From Prorocentrum cordatum (taxonomy: Eukaryota), in contig CAUYUJ010000001.1 in NCBI GenBank assembly GCA_963575745.1, forward strand, positions 1,426,001 through 1,490,000: 64,000 bases of DNA. The letters are read 5' to 3'. Of this stretch, positions 12,736 to 26,070 are shown piece by piece. The translations under genes and the position numbers were made by a program. Below the pieces are notes generated by a model. The model saw only the letters and a program-made list of their open reading frames with translations. It had not been told where the DNA came from and did not search any database. Position 1 is the stretch's first letter. Each line of letters begins with the position of its first letter.

Positions 12736-12989
12736 GACGCAAGCAGGACGAAGGAGAGAAGGGATGAAGAAGAGAAGGGAGATGAAACATGATGCAGGAA
12801 GCAGGAGGCAGCAAGCATGAGGGGGGGGAGGAGGAATGATACTCGAGCGCAGTGCTTTATTCGAAACGAGAACCCAACACAGGAGGGTTGTTGGGAATCA
12901 TGGTATTCACTATCCTCCCCTCATGTTTCCTCTTACTCAATATCGCCCTACCGTGCGAATTGGTCCCTCATCCTCCTTAGCTCTATGTT

Positions 12990-13575
12990 CGGAGACTCTT
13001 CCTTGGAGAGCCTCTTTGGGGCCTCACGAAGGTTTTAGGACTTCTTGCGGCCTTTAAGAAGCCTCCTGGGTTCCTTCTGGGGGCCTCTGGGGGCTTTCTT
13101 GGGCCACTGCTTCCAACCGCGGTCTCCCTGAACGACCGGGTCACGATTTACAATGTTTCGGGGGGGAGTCTTGGAGCCATCTTGGGCCGTCGTTGGGCTC
13201 TCGTTGGCCATCTTGGGGCCCTGTTCTGCCGCCTTGGGGCTCTCTAAGGCTGGCTGGAAGCCCTTCGGATTAGTTTGGGGGCGATTTTCTGGCCGCCTGG
13301 GTGGTCTCGGACGTCCGAACGAGCATTCGCCGAATCATGCGGAAACCATTGGAAGTCAATTTGTTGTTGCGTTTCGAAGGCCTCTTGGGGGTCTTCTTTG
13401 GGTCGTCTTCGGGCGTCTCGTAGATGTTTGGGACCTCTTAGGGCACTCGCGGAGCCGTTCGGCCGCCTTCCTGACCGATTTGGGCCCGCTGCATACGCGC
13501 AGCAGGGGCTTCCGGGAGTCCCAGAAAGCCCAGGGTCCAGATTTTTTGTTGGGGGGGTCCCACCCTCTTGGAATG
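12990..13575. repeat. Dispersed repeat homologous to 25075-25750
   Basis: Both copies share CCTTGGAGAGCCTCT and CCAACCGCGGTCTCCCTGAACGACCGGGTCACGATTT, and both end with AAAGCCC...GGGGG. Confidence 0.8.
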
Positions 13576-13694
13576 TAAGATATCGATAAGAGGATTTGCC
13601 CACCCACCCATAATTATCAGTTCACCTGGGCCGGCACGGAAACGGAAAGAGCGCCTCAGGAACTGGCCCGAGAGGGCTCATGGCACCCTTCGCT

Positions 13695-13890
13695 GTTGGG
13701 AGCCTTGGTGCGAAGAGCTTGTTACGTCGCCGCTCTCCGTTGGGAGCCCTGGTGTTCAGAGACTGTTACGTTGCCGCTCGCACTTGGGAGCTTTGGTGTG
13801 ACGAGCTTTGTAAGTCACCGCGCTCTGGGGAGCCTTGGTGTCAAGAGCTTGTTACGTCACCGCTCGCTGATGGGAGCCATGGTGTTCTTG
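13695..13890. repeat. ~43-44-bp tandem minisatellite (about 5 units)
   Basis: GGGAGCC(T/C/A)TGGTG-like starts near 13698, 13742, 13786, 13828 and 13872; three units carry TGTTACGT. Confidence 0.8.
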
Positions 13891-16556
13891 AGCGTCTCCT
13901 GGGCCTCGTCGGGTTCTTCTTGGGGCCCTTTTGGAGCCCTTCGGCAGCCCTTTTGGGGCAAGTTTGGGCCGTCTTGGGGCCCTTTTGGGCCGTCTTCGGG
14001 CGTCTTGGAAGCCTTTTGCCGTCTTGGGGCTCTCTTGGGGTTCTCTTGGGGCCCTCTTGGGAGCCTCTTTGGACCGTCTTGGGCTCTCTTGGGGCCGTTT
14101 TGGGACCCTCTTGGGGCAGTCTTGGGGACATCTGGGGCTGTTTTGGGGCCCTCTTGGGCCGTCTGGGTTTGCTCTTGGACTGTTTTCCGGCTCTTTGGGG
14201 GGCTTCTGGGGCCGTCTGAGGACGAGCGTTGGGACCTCATGGACCGTGTTGGGCCCGTCTGGGCCCGAACAGGCCGCTTCACTACAACAAATATGAGAAA
14301 ACGGGCCGTGGAAGGCGCCCGCGAGCCGCTTCATTCAAAAAATACAAGGGCAACGGCCCCCCCGGCGGACATGAAACGCCGGAAGGTCCGGCCCTCGCCC
14401 CTCACCTGGACCCCTCCCTAGAGGGCTTCGCCCCACCAGAACGTCATCACTCGTACCTCGCTCTTTCCGTGATCTATGTGCGACACGAAAGATTCGCGCA
14501 GAACGCAGGACACGACCAACAGCACTGGGGCGCACCACCACCACCACCATACCAACACGGGACAACCAGCCAGTAGACACTGGACAACCGCATGCGACAA
14601 TTACGAGGAACCTGCAGGACAACCACGGGACGTCAAGGGGACGACAACGGGACAATCAGGGAACAACCGCAGGAAATCGTTGGGAGTCAGCACACATATT
14701 GAGCAAGCAACGGGTCAGTCATGCAGCAGTTGGCGGCGTGGTTACTGTTGTTGTCCAAGAGGGTCGTGCGGTGAGGGCAATGCAGCTCGGTGTCATCGGA
14801 CAACGATTGCAACCAGCAAGTCGCAGTTTCGGGCACATCGATCAGCGTTCTAAGAGCACTGGCGAAACGCTCAAGCATGAAGCAGACATGCAGAACGCAC
14901 CATCAAGCAGGCGCATCTAGGCAGCAGCACGACAAGCGGAGCACTGCTCCTCAAGGCAAACCCTCAGTCAACCAAGCCATGTAAGATAAGGTAGCGTGGG
15001 ACGCACGTACGATCACATGTGTGCAAGCATGCGAGCGAGCCCAGACGCAGCCCACCGATCACGTAGGACACACATATCCCCACACAAGGACACATGCACA
15101 CACCCGACGGCGCTAATGCGCAGACGCGCGCCCAGGAGATGACCGACAACAAACATCGCCAGAAACCAAAGCAGACAACATCGCCAGAAATCACAACAGG
15201 GGCACACACGAGTAACACGCACACGCTGACGAAGTCTACTGGTAAGCGCTTCGGTATCTTGGCAAACTGTTGAATTCAGTCGCAGAAACGCCTGCGCACA
15301 GAGGTTACAGGCAAGACTTTACGAAAGCAACCAAGAACGCATACATAATTGTGTGTACATACTGAGAGGCGAATAGATATAGAGGATGCTGACGCATCTG
15401 CGTAATCTTGAGGCGTGGCAATAAGTGGCGAACATGTTTAGGTAGTGTGGGTAGGTCTGGAAAGGATCGTTCGAGGAGGGGGTCAGATCAACCATACACA
15501 CCCATGGGATGATGTGTCTGGAGGGTAACGGAGAGGGTGAGCCTCGTTGGAACGAATATGTATCCAGGAGGTGAATCAGCAGGAATACCATTAGTACCAG
15601 TAACGCATGGCCTAATAACAGTCAGGAGGGCCGGTACTCAGACGTTTGTTTGACCATCATGTTCCATATCCATTCCCCAGCAGCCTCGATCTGACAGTTT
15701 TTCTCAGGTGGTGTCCGAGTGCACTTCCCGCACTTGTACATCAATTTGCAGGCGCGGAAGGTGCACCCGATGCCCACAGACGTGCAGCTACAGGTAGCCC
15801 TGTCCCAGTGCTTGCACAATCAGTCGGTACTTATCCTTACATGCGTTGTATCCTCTATCTTAGCTCTTCGGCGTCGTCCTCATCGCGCCTGGTACTCCTT
15901 GGGTCCCAGAAGGCTCTGTGGAAGTCGTGTCAATTCAACGGGGCTAATATATTGCGCGAGGCCAAAGCCAGCGCCACTTGGCCTTCATGCTGAAGGTGTA
16001 CCGTCTCCCGGATCTCCTCCTCGTTCGTTTGACCACAGCCCTCACACAATTCTTGCCTAATCTGGGGGTGAATGCCTCGCACCTGCCTGGAACGCTCTCC
16101 GAGCCGCTCCGAGCCCTGAGTCCAGCCGATGAAGCTCATTCCGAGCTGCTGTCCCTCTTCCTTTCCCCATTCCTCTCCCCTCACTCCCAGTCTCCCCCCT
16201 CCTTAGGTCGCTCCTCGCTCCTCCCTTGTCCTCCCATCCCTCTCCCACGCCTCCGCTTGCCTCCCCTGCCCTCCCGTGCGCTCGTCTGCCCTCTTCCCGG
16301 CCGCCCATCGCATCTCCTTGCCACTCCCCTCCGCTGCCCTCCCCTTCCCTCCCCTGCCCCCATCCTGTCCCCTCCCCTCCCAGGAGGTGGAGGTCAGCCT
16401 GACCTCCACCTCAAGGGAGGGGAACTCCTGACCTCCCCTCGCTCTCGATCCCTGGCGCTCTCTGGCAGAGGGTGCCGAGGATCGAGAGCCCAGTTCTCCG
16501 GATCGCCCTCGGGCCCCCGGGGAGAGGCCTTTGGCGATCTGCCTCCTCCCCCTTGC

Positions 16557-16724
16557 CTTACGTCGGGCCTTTCCCCCTACAGGACGAATATTCAAATATA
16601 GGCAATCAATACTCTGGGGACGATTATTTTAGTTTTTTTTTGGGGGGGGGGGTATTTAGCAGGTTTTTTGTTTGTTTTATTTTTCGTCCAAACTCCCCCT
16701 GTAGGGGGACATGCCCGACCTCCC
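16557..16724. mobile_element. MITE family M3, short copy (168 bp) with 6-bp TSD CCTTGC
   Basis: The left end CTTACGTCGGGCCTTTCCCCCTACAGG and right end CCTGTAGGGGGACATGCCCGACCTCCC are inverted and match the TIRs of 32881-33734. CCTTGC lies at 16551-16556 and 16725-16730. Confidence 0.75.
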
Positions 16725-17427
16725 CCTTGCCCTGCGGCCCCCGCCCGTCAGGCCCGGGTGGACGGGTGTCCCAGACGTGGGCTCGGCGGAGGCTCGAGCC
16801 GCCCTGCTGGTACCGGGGGCGACCAGGAGGGGGGTGACGACCAGGGGGGCGTGGATATCAGGGCGGGGGCCATGATGACTCTCCCAAGATGTCATGGCGC
16901 CCCTTCTTCTCTCAATGCGTGACTGCGTCCCCGGGCCCCCCCCCCCCCTGGGCCGCGCACGTGCCGCCAGCCATGATTTGCGCCCCCCCCTCTTGGACGC
17001 CCCCCTCCTTGGCCGCCCCCGATGGTGACCCGACTGGCGTCCACTGGGTGCAGCCCAGACCCTGAAATCAGGACCACCCTGGAGTCGGAGGAAGGGCTCT
17101 GGTCGTCGAGCCGCTCCTCATATCCAGGCTCTGGGCCGAGAAGCTGTTTCGTGGCCGAGGTTCGCCGTGGCCAGACAGGCCCCCTGCATGCGCTGTTCCG
17201 CGGCGAGGGTTTATACATGGTCCAGGCTTGGCTCCCCCCCAATGCTAATGCCATCGCCCCCCCCCCCCCCCCCCCGCGCGATGCCCCCCCCTCCCCCCCA
17301 GGGCTTGGGCCCCCCCCCCCCCCAATGCTAATGCCATCGGCCCCCCCCCCCCGCGCGATGCCCCCCCCCCCCCCCTGTGGGCGTGGCGTGGTGGCCCTCC
17401 CCCTGTGGGGGTGGTGGCTTCCGTGTG

Positions 17428-17706
<279 letters not shown>

Positions 17707-18008
17707 CCCCCCCATCCCATCTGGGGGGAGGGGCCCGAGGAATCCTGGGACCATGCCATCTGGGGGGGGGTGGGCCCGTGGGTCCGGAGCCCGGGATCAT
17801 ACATAACCACCGCCTGGAGGATCAGTGTTCGGAGACCTCGACAGGCGGCGGGTATGAATATCTTCGGGTCCCCTGGGGCCGAATTGTATCCACATCCACC
17901 GCCCGCTGGGGTCCCAGGACGTCGGTTCCACAGGCGGTGGCTAAGGATAGATCCCAGCCTCGCATTTTCGCATTTGTAGCGTTCCTCCCGGCAGCGCGAC
18001 GACTGCAG

Positions 18009-18142
18009 GAGGAGGCTCGGGATGTCGCCCGCCGCCTCGACGCTGCGCCTGCCCCCCGCGCCACCCCTCTGCGGGAGGCGCCGCGTGCGGGGGGCGCCGG
18101 CGGCGGGGCCCAGGTCGAGGCCAAGATCAGGAGACTGGAGAG
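18009..18142 (+). CDS. Candidate exon (EEARDVARRLDAAPAPRATPLREAPRAGGAGGGAQVEAKIRRLE); boundaries uncertain, frame stays open to the stop at 18320
   Basis: GC3-rich codons, CTGCAG acceptor (alternative acceptor at 17994), AG|GT donor at 18142/18143. Confidence 0.4.
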
Positions 18143-19974
18143 GTGGACCTCGCTGGAGAAAGCCCACGTGCTGATGGCGCCCTGCCCGCAGGGGTTATCC
18201 CGGGGGGGAGAGCCGCGGGTGCGCCACCGGCACATGCGGTCCAGAGGTTCGCGCCTCACTCGCGCAGGCTTGGCGAGGTCGCGCTGGCTGGAGGACGAGG
18301 CAGATGAGGAGCAGGAGTAAGAGGAGAGGAGGAGTCGGAGGAGGATGAGGAGGAGAAGGGGTGAGGTATAAGCGCGGAGATGGTGGAGGAGGACAAGGGG
18401 AAGGTGGACCAACACGCGTATATGCTGAAGGGTGAGGTCGGCTACCACCGAATTGCCCAACACCCAGCGACGCCCGCTCATTGTGTGCATCTTGCGCCAG
18501 CTGTGCAATACGTGTTGTTTACACGCTCAGCGCAATCGGGCTGCTCGTGGCACTCTTGCGGTGCCTTCCCGCCCAGCGTCTCATTGTTCTGGTTCTGGAT
18601 ACGGTAGTGTAACCTCGCATTGCGATCTCTCACACACCCAGCCCTCCCTAGAGACGGCAGGGTTTTCCAGTGAACGACGTCTCGGCCGAGTTCCACAAGG
18701 GACGGCTTTGCAGTTAAACAGTCCATAGGAGCCCGCGTCGAACGTGCACTTTCTGTTTTCGATTGCCCGCGTCTTGTTCGGGCCACCCCACTACTGCCCC
18801 CATCTCGCTGTCAGCTGTTGGATTATGGCCTGGCTAGGTCGCTTAAAGCAATAAAGCAAACCATCCGCTTCCCAGTCCTCTTCCACCGTTGCCGCTGATT
18901 CACTCAATATTCCATTCTTTCTCTTCCGCCCCAGCCATGTGCACCAAGAGCCCAATGCGCTTAACGCAGGGCTCTGCACTGATGGCCCAGGATTTGAAAA
19001 TTCCTGCCGACGAAGATTATTGACGACAAGGTCAGACGTTGGGCCCGTTTGCGCTTATATGAGTGTCCGCACTCGCGATTGGGGAAGCAGTGAAGTAACG
19101 ACGCCTCCCTGCAAGGCTGCGGCGTCGGGCCTGAATCCGCAAGCCTCCTTGCATCTGGCGCTCAGTGTAGGAGGGGCTGGGTATTGTCGTGTAGGGGGCA
19201 GCATACTGCGAAAAGAAGAGTGATGACGCACCTTCCTCGCCGCAAAGCCCTCTTGTGGATTTGTACTCACCTCTCGCGGCACACGTCCGCGTTGCAGACT
19301 CTGTGCAGTACCCGAATGCGTGCTGCCAAAGCTTGCCTTCACAAGCCTTGGAAGGAATTGTGTGTCTATTGTCTGTTCGGGTTGCTACCGCCAAAATTGT
19401 TTCTTGCCTTGAACAGGATTCGCGCCGGGCACGCCCGCCACCGTTCCCAATGGTCGCGGGAAGAAGCACGACAGAAGTATTTTGGAGATTTGGTGACATG
19501 AAATCAAAAGTTTTCTCATACAGGCGATTGGCCTCCTGTCGGACTGCAAGCGAACGGTCGACGAGCAACGGGCTGCTAGCATTCCGGCGCGCATCTTCTG
19601 GAGGGGGAGGGGCGGGCGTATTCGACAGTTTTTTTTCCGCCGACGCCCGCTCGCCGATGGCAGACCCGCCGCCAATCCAGCAGACCCAGACCCCCGTGAG
19701 TCACGTGTTGTTAATGGCACTCGTGCTGTATGTTTTTGTTCGGCGATGCCTTGGTTTTTTCGCGTTCCATGGTTCATAGTTGAAAAAATGGTGCCTTGAC
19801 TTTTTCGCTTCGACGGCGCATGACAAGCTTTTGGCATGCCTTGATAGCCCGTGCCAATCCTTGATGCCCCTACCCCCTGGCAGGCCTTAAACAGTATCGG
19901 GGTTTGTCAAGGCTTAGGGCTGTTGTCAAGGTTTGAACGCTGACCGATTGGATCTCCAAGTTGACACTCGTCTG

Positions 19975-20850
19975 GGCGTTTCCTACGATGGACCATAGAG
20001 AGCTCCACGCGCGCGCGCTGAGTTTTGCATTCTGCACAAATGAATCATCGCCATGTTGGTCTGGAAATACACATGAGCCTTCAGCGGTGACCGACAGGAT
20101 TTTGGAGGACCCGCGCGGCGGGCGGGTCTCCCGCCGCGCGTGCGCGCTCGCCATGTGAGATCTGTAATGTCCACGGTAGTGGGTCTGGAAACTGAAGTAA
20201 AATTTTAACGGTGACGAATTGAATTTGGAAGTGAACGTGGGTTCTGGTGTACGATTTCAGGCATGATCCGTGCAGAAATCCCCCACGCGCGCACGTAAGG
20301 AGTTCTGTATTGTCCACAATGGGAAACCCAAGTGGCCCTTTAGGGGTGACCGACCAGGTTTCGGGTGATCCGCGCAGTGGGCGGGTCAACAGCCGCGCGT
20401 GCGCGCTCGCGTGGTGGGTTCTATATTGTCCACGATCGGAAAAAGGCGCCATGTCGTCTTGAAAACGAAAGCGAACCCTTGGCGGTGACCGGCAGGATTT
20501 CGGGTGACCCGCGTGGTGGGCGGGCCACCCGCCGCGGGTGCGCTCGCGCGTGGCGAGTTCTGTAGTGTCCATAATCGGAAAATCGCCATGTTGGGCTGGA
20601 AGCTAGAATGAGCCCTCAACGGTGACAGACGTTATGTGGAAGTTGACATGGGTTCTGGTGTCAGAACTCCCCACGCGCGCGCGTGAGGATTTCTGTCTTG
20701 TACCCAGTGGAACAGTAAGTATGCTGATTTGGGAACGCAAGTGGACTTTCAGCAGTGGTCGACAGGACGTCGGGTGACTTGCGCGGTAGGTGGGTCACCC
20801 GCTGCGCGCGCGTTACGAGTTCTGTGATGTCTACAGTAAGAAAGGTGCCG
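19975..20850. repeat. Diverged tandem repeats with a GGTGACCGACAGG...CGCGCGGTGGGCGGGTCACCCGCCGCGCGTGCGCGCTCGC-like core
   Basis: The core recurs near 20085, 20345, 20483 and 20755. Confidence 0.7.
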
Positions 20851-21479
20851 TGTTGGCCTGGAGACTAAAGTGACCGCGTAGATTTCATCACATAGTTTAC
20901 AACACAGGTTACACAACAGCTTACAACACATAGCTTATCACGCAATTTCCAGCACAGAATTTGCACAGCACAGCTCACACCACGTAATTCGCACCACAAA
21001 ACTTAAGCCGCATGTGTTGCATCACGTAGCTATCACCGCACAGCTTACACCACATAACTTGACCGCAACATTGCCGTCGCACCACGTAGCCTACGCAAAC
21101 TCATTGCCATAGCTACAATTGATTGGGTCCACGCTAGCAGACATCTTTGTACACGACTGGTTCATCGTAGTTCCGAGCAGTGTGAACCCCATACTCTGTA
21201 GGCAGTTATCCATGCGTTACTGTCTAGAATTGCATCGTTTCTTGCATTGTCTCTCGCCCCCCTCTCCGAAGTCACGCGGGCTGCCCAGGCGCCCCACAAG
21301 CAGACGTTGTGCTACATTCTTGCCTACGCCATTACGCGAGCGAAGGCCAGAAAAGGGGACCACTGTTCAAATGTGTGAACATGCCCGCGTGGTCGGGATA
21401 GGGGGGCGTGCGCGTCCCCGCGCTTGTGTCGAGATGTGGGTGCGCATGATGTGAAACTGCGGGCGCGCGCAGTGCAGGG

Positions 21480-22240
21480 CTGTGTGCGTGCGTGTTTGCC
21501 TGCGCGCGTGGCTGTGTGTGTGCGAGTGTGGTTATGTGCCCTATCATTGCGTGCAAACCGCGGCGCCACAAACAAGTGTGTGTGTGTGTGTGCGCGTGTG
21601 TGCGTGTGTGTGTGTGTGTGTGTTTGCGTGTTTGTGTTTTTGTGTTTTTTTGTGTGTTAGAATGTGTGTGTGTGTGGTGAGGATGCCGCTGTTCGTCTCC
21701 CCCCACGTGCCGAAGTCTTCAACACTGTGTAGGATGCGTCGAGATCCGGGGGGCATGATTGGTCTCCTCCCCCCTTCATGCGGTTCTCTGCAGGGGGCAT
21801 CGAGGCGCCTCTGGATTATGCCCCGTCGAGGTGTTTCTGCCGCGCTACCCTGTGTAGGCCTTCGCGCGCGCGCGGTCTCGCTCACTCTCGTCTCCCAGCT
21901 GCTGCCGTTTCCGTTTGTTCGCTTCCGGGGGCCAGACCCCGCCGAGACGCCGCGCGACCGGCCGCCGATCAAAAGTGTGTGTGTGTGTGTGTGTGTGTGT
22001 GCGCTAGTGTGTTTTCTACGCCCGGTCGCCGCGCGCGCGTGGCCGCGACGCCAGAAGTGTGCTCGTGTGTCTTCCCCCAAGTGGTTTCTGAGAGCTCGGC
22101 CGAGCGTAAACGCGCGCGCACCGCTGCTCGCACTCGAACTTCTACGTCCCGTCGCCGCGCGCGGGGCCGCGACGCCAGCAAGCTTGTGTGTGTGTGCGTG
22201 TTTCTATGTGTGGGTGACACGGCGCCATTCGGCGAGTGTG
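21480..22240. repeat. (TG)n-associated dispersed repeat with a CTACGCCCGGTCGCCGCGCGCG..GCCGCGACGCCA unit
   Basis: The unit occurs at about 22015 and 22142 and again at about 56080 and 56198. Confidence 0.75.
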
Positions 22241-22384
22241 GCGTAGATGGGCCATGCCGCTGGCGTTTCTCGCTCCCTCATCTTTTCTCCTGATCTTCCA
22301 TCTGGGCACGCTCTGATCGAATCAGCATGTTCCTTGAGCTCTGATCCTGGATGCTCGCGTTGTCTTGTCCCTCATCCTGGATAA

Positions 22385-22555
22385 CATGGTCGGCGGCGGG
22401 CCCAAGGAGGCAGGCAGAGGGTCGCGGGCCTTGGCGAAAGGCTCAGAAGGCTCCGGGCGTTCCGAGAAATCTTCCAAGCCTTCTCTGAAGCCCCACCGAT
22501 TTCCGAAAAGGCCTGCCCCCTTCTCGCTTGCCCCATCTGCGCGCCGCCGACATGT
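22385..22555 (-). mobile_element. Diverged copy of MITE family M1 in reverse orientation
   Basis: The interior aligns by eye to the reverse complement of 8151-8318; the ends ACATGGTCGGCGGCG and CGCCGCCGACATGT are inverted. Confidence 0.6.
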
Positions 22556-23805
22556 ATTGGGCGCTCGAGCTGTGTCGGCACACCTTCGACAGCCACCTCA
22601 TCGGGCGCATCCGCGTGAGCCGAAGACCGGCCGATGCCTCGCCGCCGCGAGCGGAGGGACCAGTGTTCTGCCTGTGCGTGTGCGCACACACCGCTGTCGG
22701 CCGACTCTTCGCCAGCGAGACCCGCAGCAATGCAGCTCGGAGGCTGCTTCCACCATCGCGTCGGAGGAAGAGTGCGCCATGTAATATTTGGTTGCCGATG
22801 TTATTCAGGGCCGAGACGTCGACGATGTCTCCTCACAAGAGTCATGGTACGTTGTCACATCATTGGAATGTTCTAGGCACCAGCGTGCGAGTGTGTGCTC
22901 AACGCACCTGCAGGTTCGGCATCGCTGTGACTCGGGCTCGTCGACCCGTGGACGCCCGTGAGGGCTCCTTCCCTGGCCGCGTGCGATCAAAAGACCTGTG
23001 AAACCTCTGTGTGTGCGTGTTTGTGTCGGGGCGACGCGGAGGACGCCCAGCCCGTGGTCGGGCCCCCCCCGCCCCCTCGTGTCCTTGGCGCGTCTGGGCC
23101 CCTGGGCATCTCGGGGTCGGCCTCCGCGATCAACCCGAGGGGGCTCCATTCCCAAGGGGGCGCGGTTGCTGCTGCGATGGCGGCGGCTTAGCCGGCCACG
23201 GCGCGGACGGGGTCGCCTTCTCACTCGCTCCCGTCCCCCGCGGCCCGCGTCTCGTCGTGCCAGCTGGTCCGTGGGCGCATCTGCGCCAGTGGAGGACTGG
23301 CGCTGGAGCAATGCCATGCCGAGCAAGCAGCACCAAGCGCCCGTTCGGGGGCGCGCAGCGTTCCGCAGGTTCTCTCTCTCTCTCTCTCTCTATCCCCCCT
23401 TTCTTTTTCGAGCTGATGTATTTGACCTTCCCAGATGGACTGGGTGATCCAGGTAACAGCGACGCCTACGGCGAACCACCGCCGCCCCGTGCCTGTTAAA
23501 CTCGCCTATGCGGCACCAAGCTATTGGGCTTTGTGTTCCCCCAGCCGTTGTGGAAACACTTGGAGGATGAAGAGAGAGAGAGAGAGAGATTCCCGCGTAC
23601 GGGAGAGTCGTGCAACGGACGGGAGCACGGGCCAGCATACCAGAACATTGGGAGAGGTCAGGTTTGACCCCCGTGGCAGTGGGGGGTCTCAGCTAGCTTC
23701 ACGCCCCGAGGGCCGCTTGCGCCCCTCTGAAGCGTGACACTCGGCCTCCGACTCGAGGATGCGGACGGCGACCACGCGAGAGCAGCCGCGCTCGTCGTGG
23801 TGGAT

Positions 23806-23834
23806 ATGGTGATGATGATGGTGATGATGCTGCT

Positions 23835-23877
<43 letters not shown>

Positions 23878-23988
23878 GTGATGGTGATGGTGATGGTGAT
23901 GGTGGTGATGGTGGTGGTGGTGGTGGTGAGGATGAGGATGAGGATGAGGATGAGGATGAGGATGAGGATGAGGATGAGGATGAGGATG

Positions 23989-24084
<96 letters not shown>

Positions 24085-24134
24085 TGATGAGGAGGAGGAG
24101 GAGGAGGAGGAGGAGGAGGAGGAGGAGGAGGAGG
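23806..24134. repeat. Compound microsatellite (GAT/GCT/GGTGAT/GAGGAT/GAG)n
   Basis: Direct reading of the sequence. Confidence 0.95.
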
Positions 24135-24139
24135 GGTGG

Positions 24140-24790
24140 CGGCATCCGCGCGCCAGCCTGCGCCGCACCAGCGCGTCCGCCAAGCGCTGCCGCTCCACAT
24201 CCGCCACGGCCATGGCGGACAGGGAGGGCGTCCGCCCAACAGTCGTCCACCAGTTCCTGCTGGCTTGTCATAAACGGCAGCTGGCCCACTGTCACGTGCG
24301 TGTGGTGCACCGGCAGGCGCCTGCCGCGCGCGGCGGCGCCGCCTCCGCGGCAGGTGGCCGCCGCCCGCGCCCTCGATCCCCATGCGGATCATCTTGGGCG
24401 CCCCGCCTCCGCCAGCAGGCGTCCCTCAGCCGCAGCGCCCTGCGCGCCGCAGCCCAGCCCACCAGCGCCGCCCGCCGCTCCGCCGCGCCCGCGCCGACGC
24501 CGCCGAAGGCGACCAGCGCGGAGGCCCAGGGCAGCGGCGCCTCCGCCACCATGTGCGCGGGCCGCACCGCCGCAGGGCCGGGCCGGCCGGCCACCGCAGC
24601 ACGAAGCAGGCCTTCCGCCGCCCGCAGCAGGCGCGCCCCCGACGGGGAGCGCCCTGCCGCAAGCCCAGAGGCGGCCTGGGCCGCGAGGAGGGCTCCACGG
24701 GCGGCCTCGACGGCGCCGCAGAACTCTGCACTCGACTGCGTACCTGGTGTCGGCGAAGCGGCGACGACCTGAGGGGTGACGGTGACGTGA
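24140..24790 (-). pseudogene. Retro-inserted coding-like segment downstream of relict spliced leaders (retrocopy or retroelement ORF1-like remnant)
   Basis: Very GC-rich, Ala/Arg-rich reading AVEAARGALLAAQAASGLA...ARLLRAAEGLLRAAVA directly 3' of the SL relicts. There is no ATG near the SL and the segment ends at a microsatellite. Confidence 0.4.
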
Positions 24791-24792
24791 CG

Positions 24793-24824
24793 CTTGAGCC
24801 CAAATGGCTTGAGCCAGAATGGCT
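24793..24824 (-). other. Two tandem relict dinoflagellate spliced-leader sequences
   Basis: The minus strand reads AGCCATTCTGGCTCAAG CCATTTGGGCTCAAG; each unit has one mismatch to the 3' part of CCGTAGCCATTTTGGCTCAAG. Confidence 0.85.
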
Positions 24825-25792
24825 GAATGTATTCATGTAGACATACAAGGCTGCAGTGGCGCTTCGCGCCATGCACCGTGGTCCTTGAAGTTTGGTGTGC
24901 AGGCGGAATAGCAGGAAGGTGAAGCCGACAATTTAGCGATAACTCCTTGTTGCCTTTTCCGGCATCGCCGCTATGACAATAATATTATTCGTTATCCTTC
25001 CTCCATGCTTCTTATTCTTCATTTTCGCCATACCCTGCGCATTCTCCCCATCCTCCTCAGCTCTTTTTTGCGGAGGCTCGTCCTTGGAGAGCCTCTGGGG
25101 GCCTCACAAAAGTTGTTTCAGGCTTTCTGAAGGCCTTCTGGAGGCCTCCTGGGCGTATTCTAGGGGCCTTTGGGGGCGTCCTCGGGCCACCCTGCCTCCA
25201 ACCGCGGTCTCCCTGAACGACCGGGTCACGATTTGGAATGCTTCGGAGGGTGTCTTGGGGCCATCTTGGGCCGCCATGGGGCTCTCTGAGGGCCATCTTG
25301 GACCCGTGTTGTGCCGTTTTGGGGCTCTCTTGGACTGCCTGGAAGCCTCTCGAATGGTTGTGGGGCGATTTTGGAGCCTCCAGGCGGCTGAACGCTGTTG
25401 GGGAGCGTCATGAAGCCGAAAAGAGGAGAACCCCAAAATTCACCAAAACCCGACAGAAAATCAATGATGTTTGCCTCTGGCCTTCTTGGGAGTGCTCTTG
25501 GAGGCCTCTTTGGGGCCGTCCTGGAGGCCTCTTGGGCCATCTTGAGGTCACGTCGGTCACTCTTGGAGCGCTCTTGTGCTGTCTTGGGGGTCTCTGGGAC
25601 GTCTCCGACCCCCCTGATCGCCCCAGGTGTGCTGGGAAGGCTTGGCAAAACGCCCTGCGAGGCCTGGGGGGCCGCTTCGAGGCCCGTCTGGAGGGTCCCA
25701 AAGCCCCAGATCCCGGGAGTCCGGTTTTGGGGGTGGGGGGGCGGGTGGGGGGTGTTCCCCCCGCCCGGGCTTGCAAAACTATAGGAAGAGGA

Positions 25793-25796
<4 letters not shown>

Positions 25797-25823
<27 letters not shown>

Positions 25824-26070
25824 TGTATGTATGTATGTATGTATGTATGTATGTATGTATGTATGTATGTGTGTGTGTGTATGTATGTATGTATGTATGT
25901 ATGTATGTATGTATGTATGTATGTATGTATGTATGTATGTATGTATGTATGTATGTATAAGTACATATGTGTAGACAGAAGGAGAGAGAGAGAGACAGAC
26001 AGACAGACAGAGATAGAGACAGAAAGAGCGAGATAACAAACAACGAAAGAGAGAGAGAGAGAGAGAGAGA
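25797..26070. repeat. (TATG)n tetranucleotide microsatellite followed by (GA)n/(GACA)n tracts
   Basis: Direct reading of the sequence. Confidence 0.97.

Noticed and set aside
15260..15990. Possible LINE endonuclease or ORF1 relic on the minus strand
   Set aside because: Only vague similarity (NMFATYCHAS, VCVLGCF); too degenerate to call.
22339..22614. Apparent exon pair LSLILDNMVGGGPKE / LRAADMYWALELCRHTFDSHLIGRIR with GC and GT donors
   Set aside because: Much of the supposed exonic sequence is the terminal inverted repeat of a MITE M1 copy. Exonisation cannot be excluded but is unsupported.
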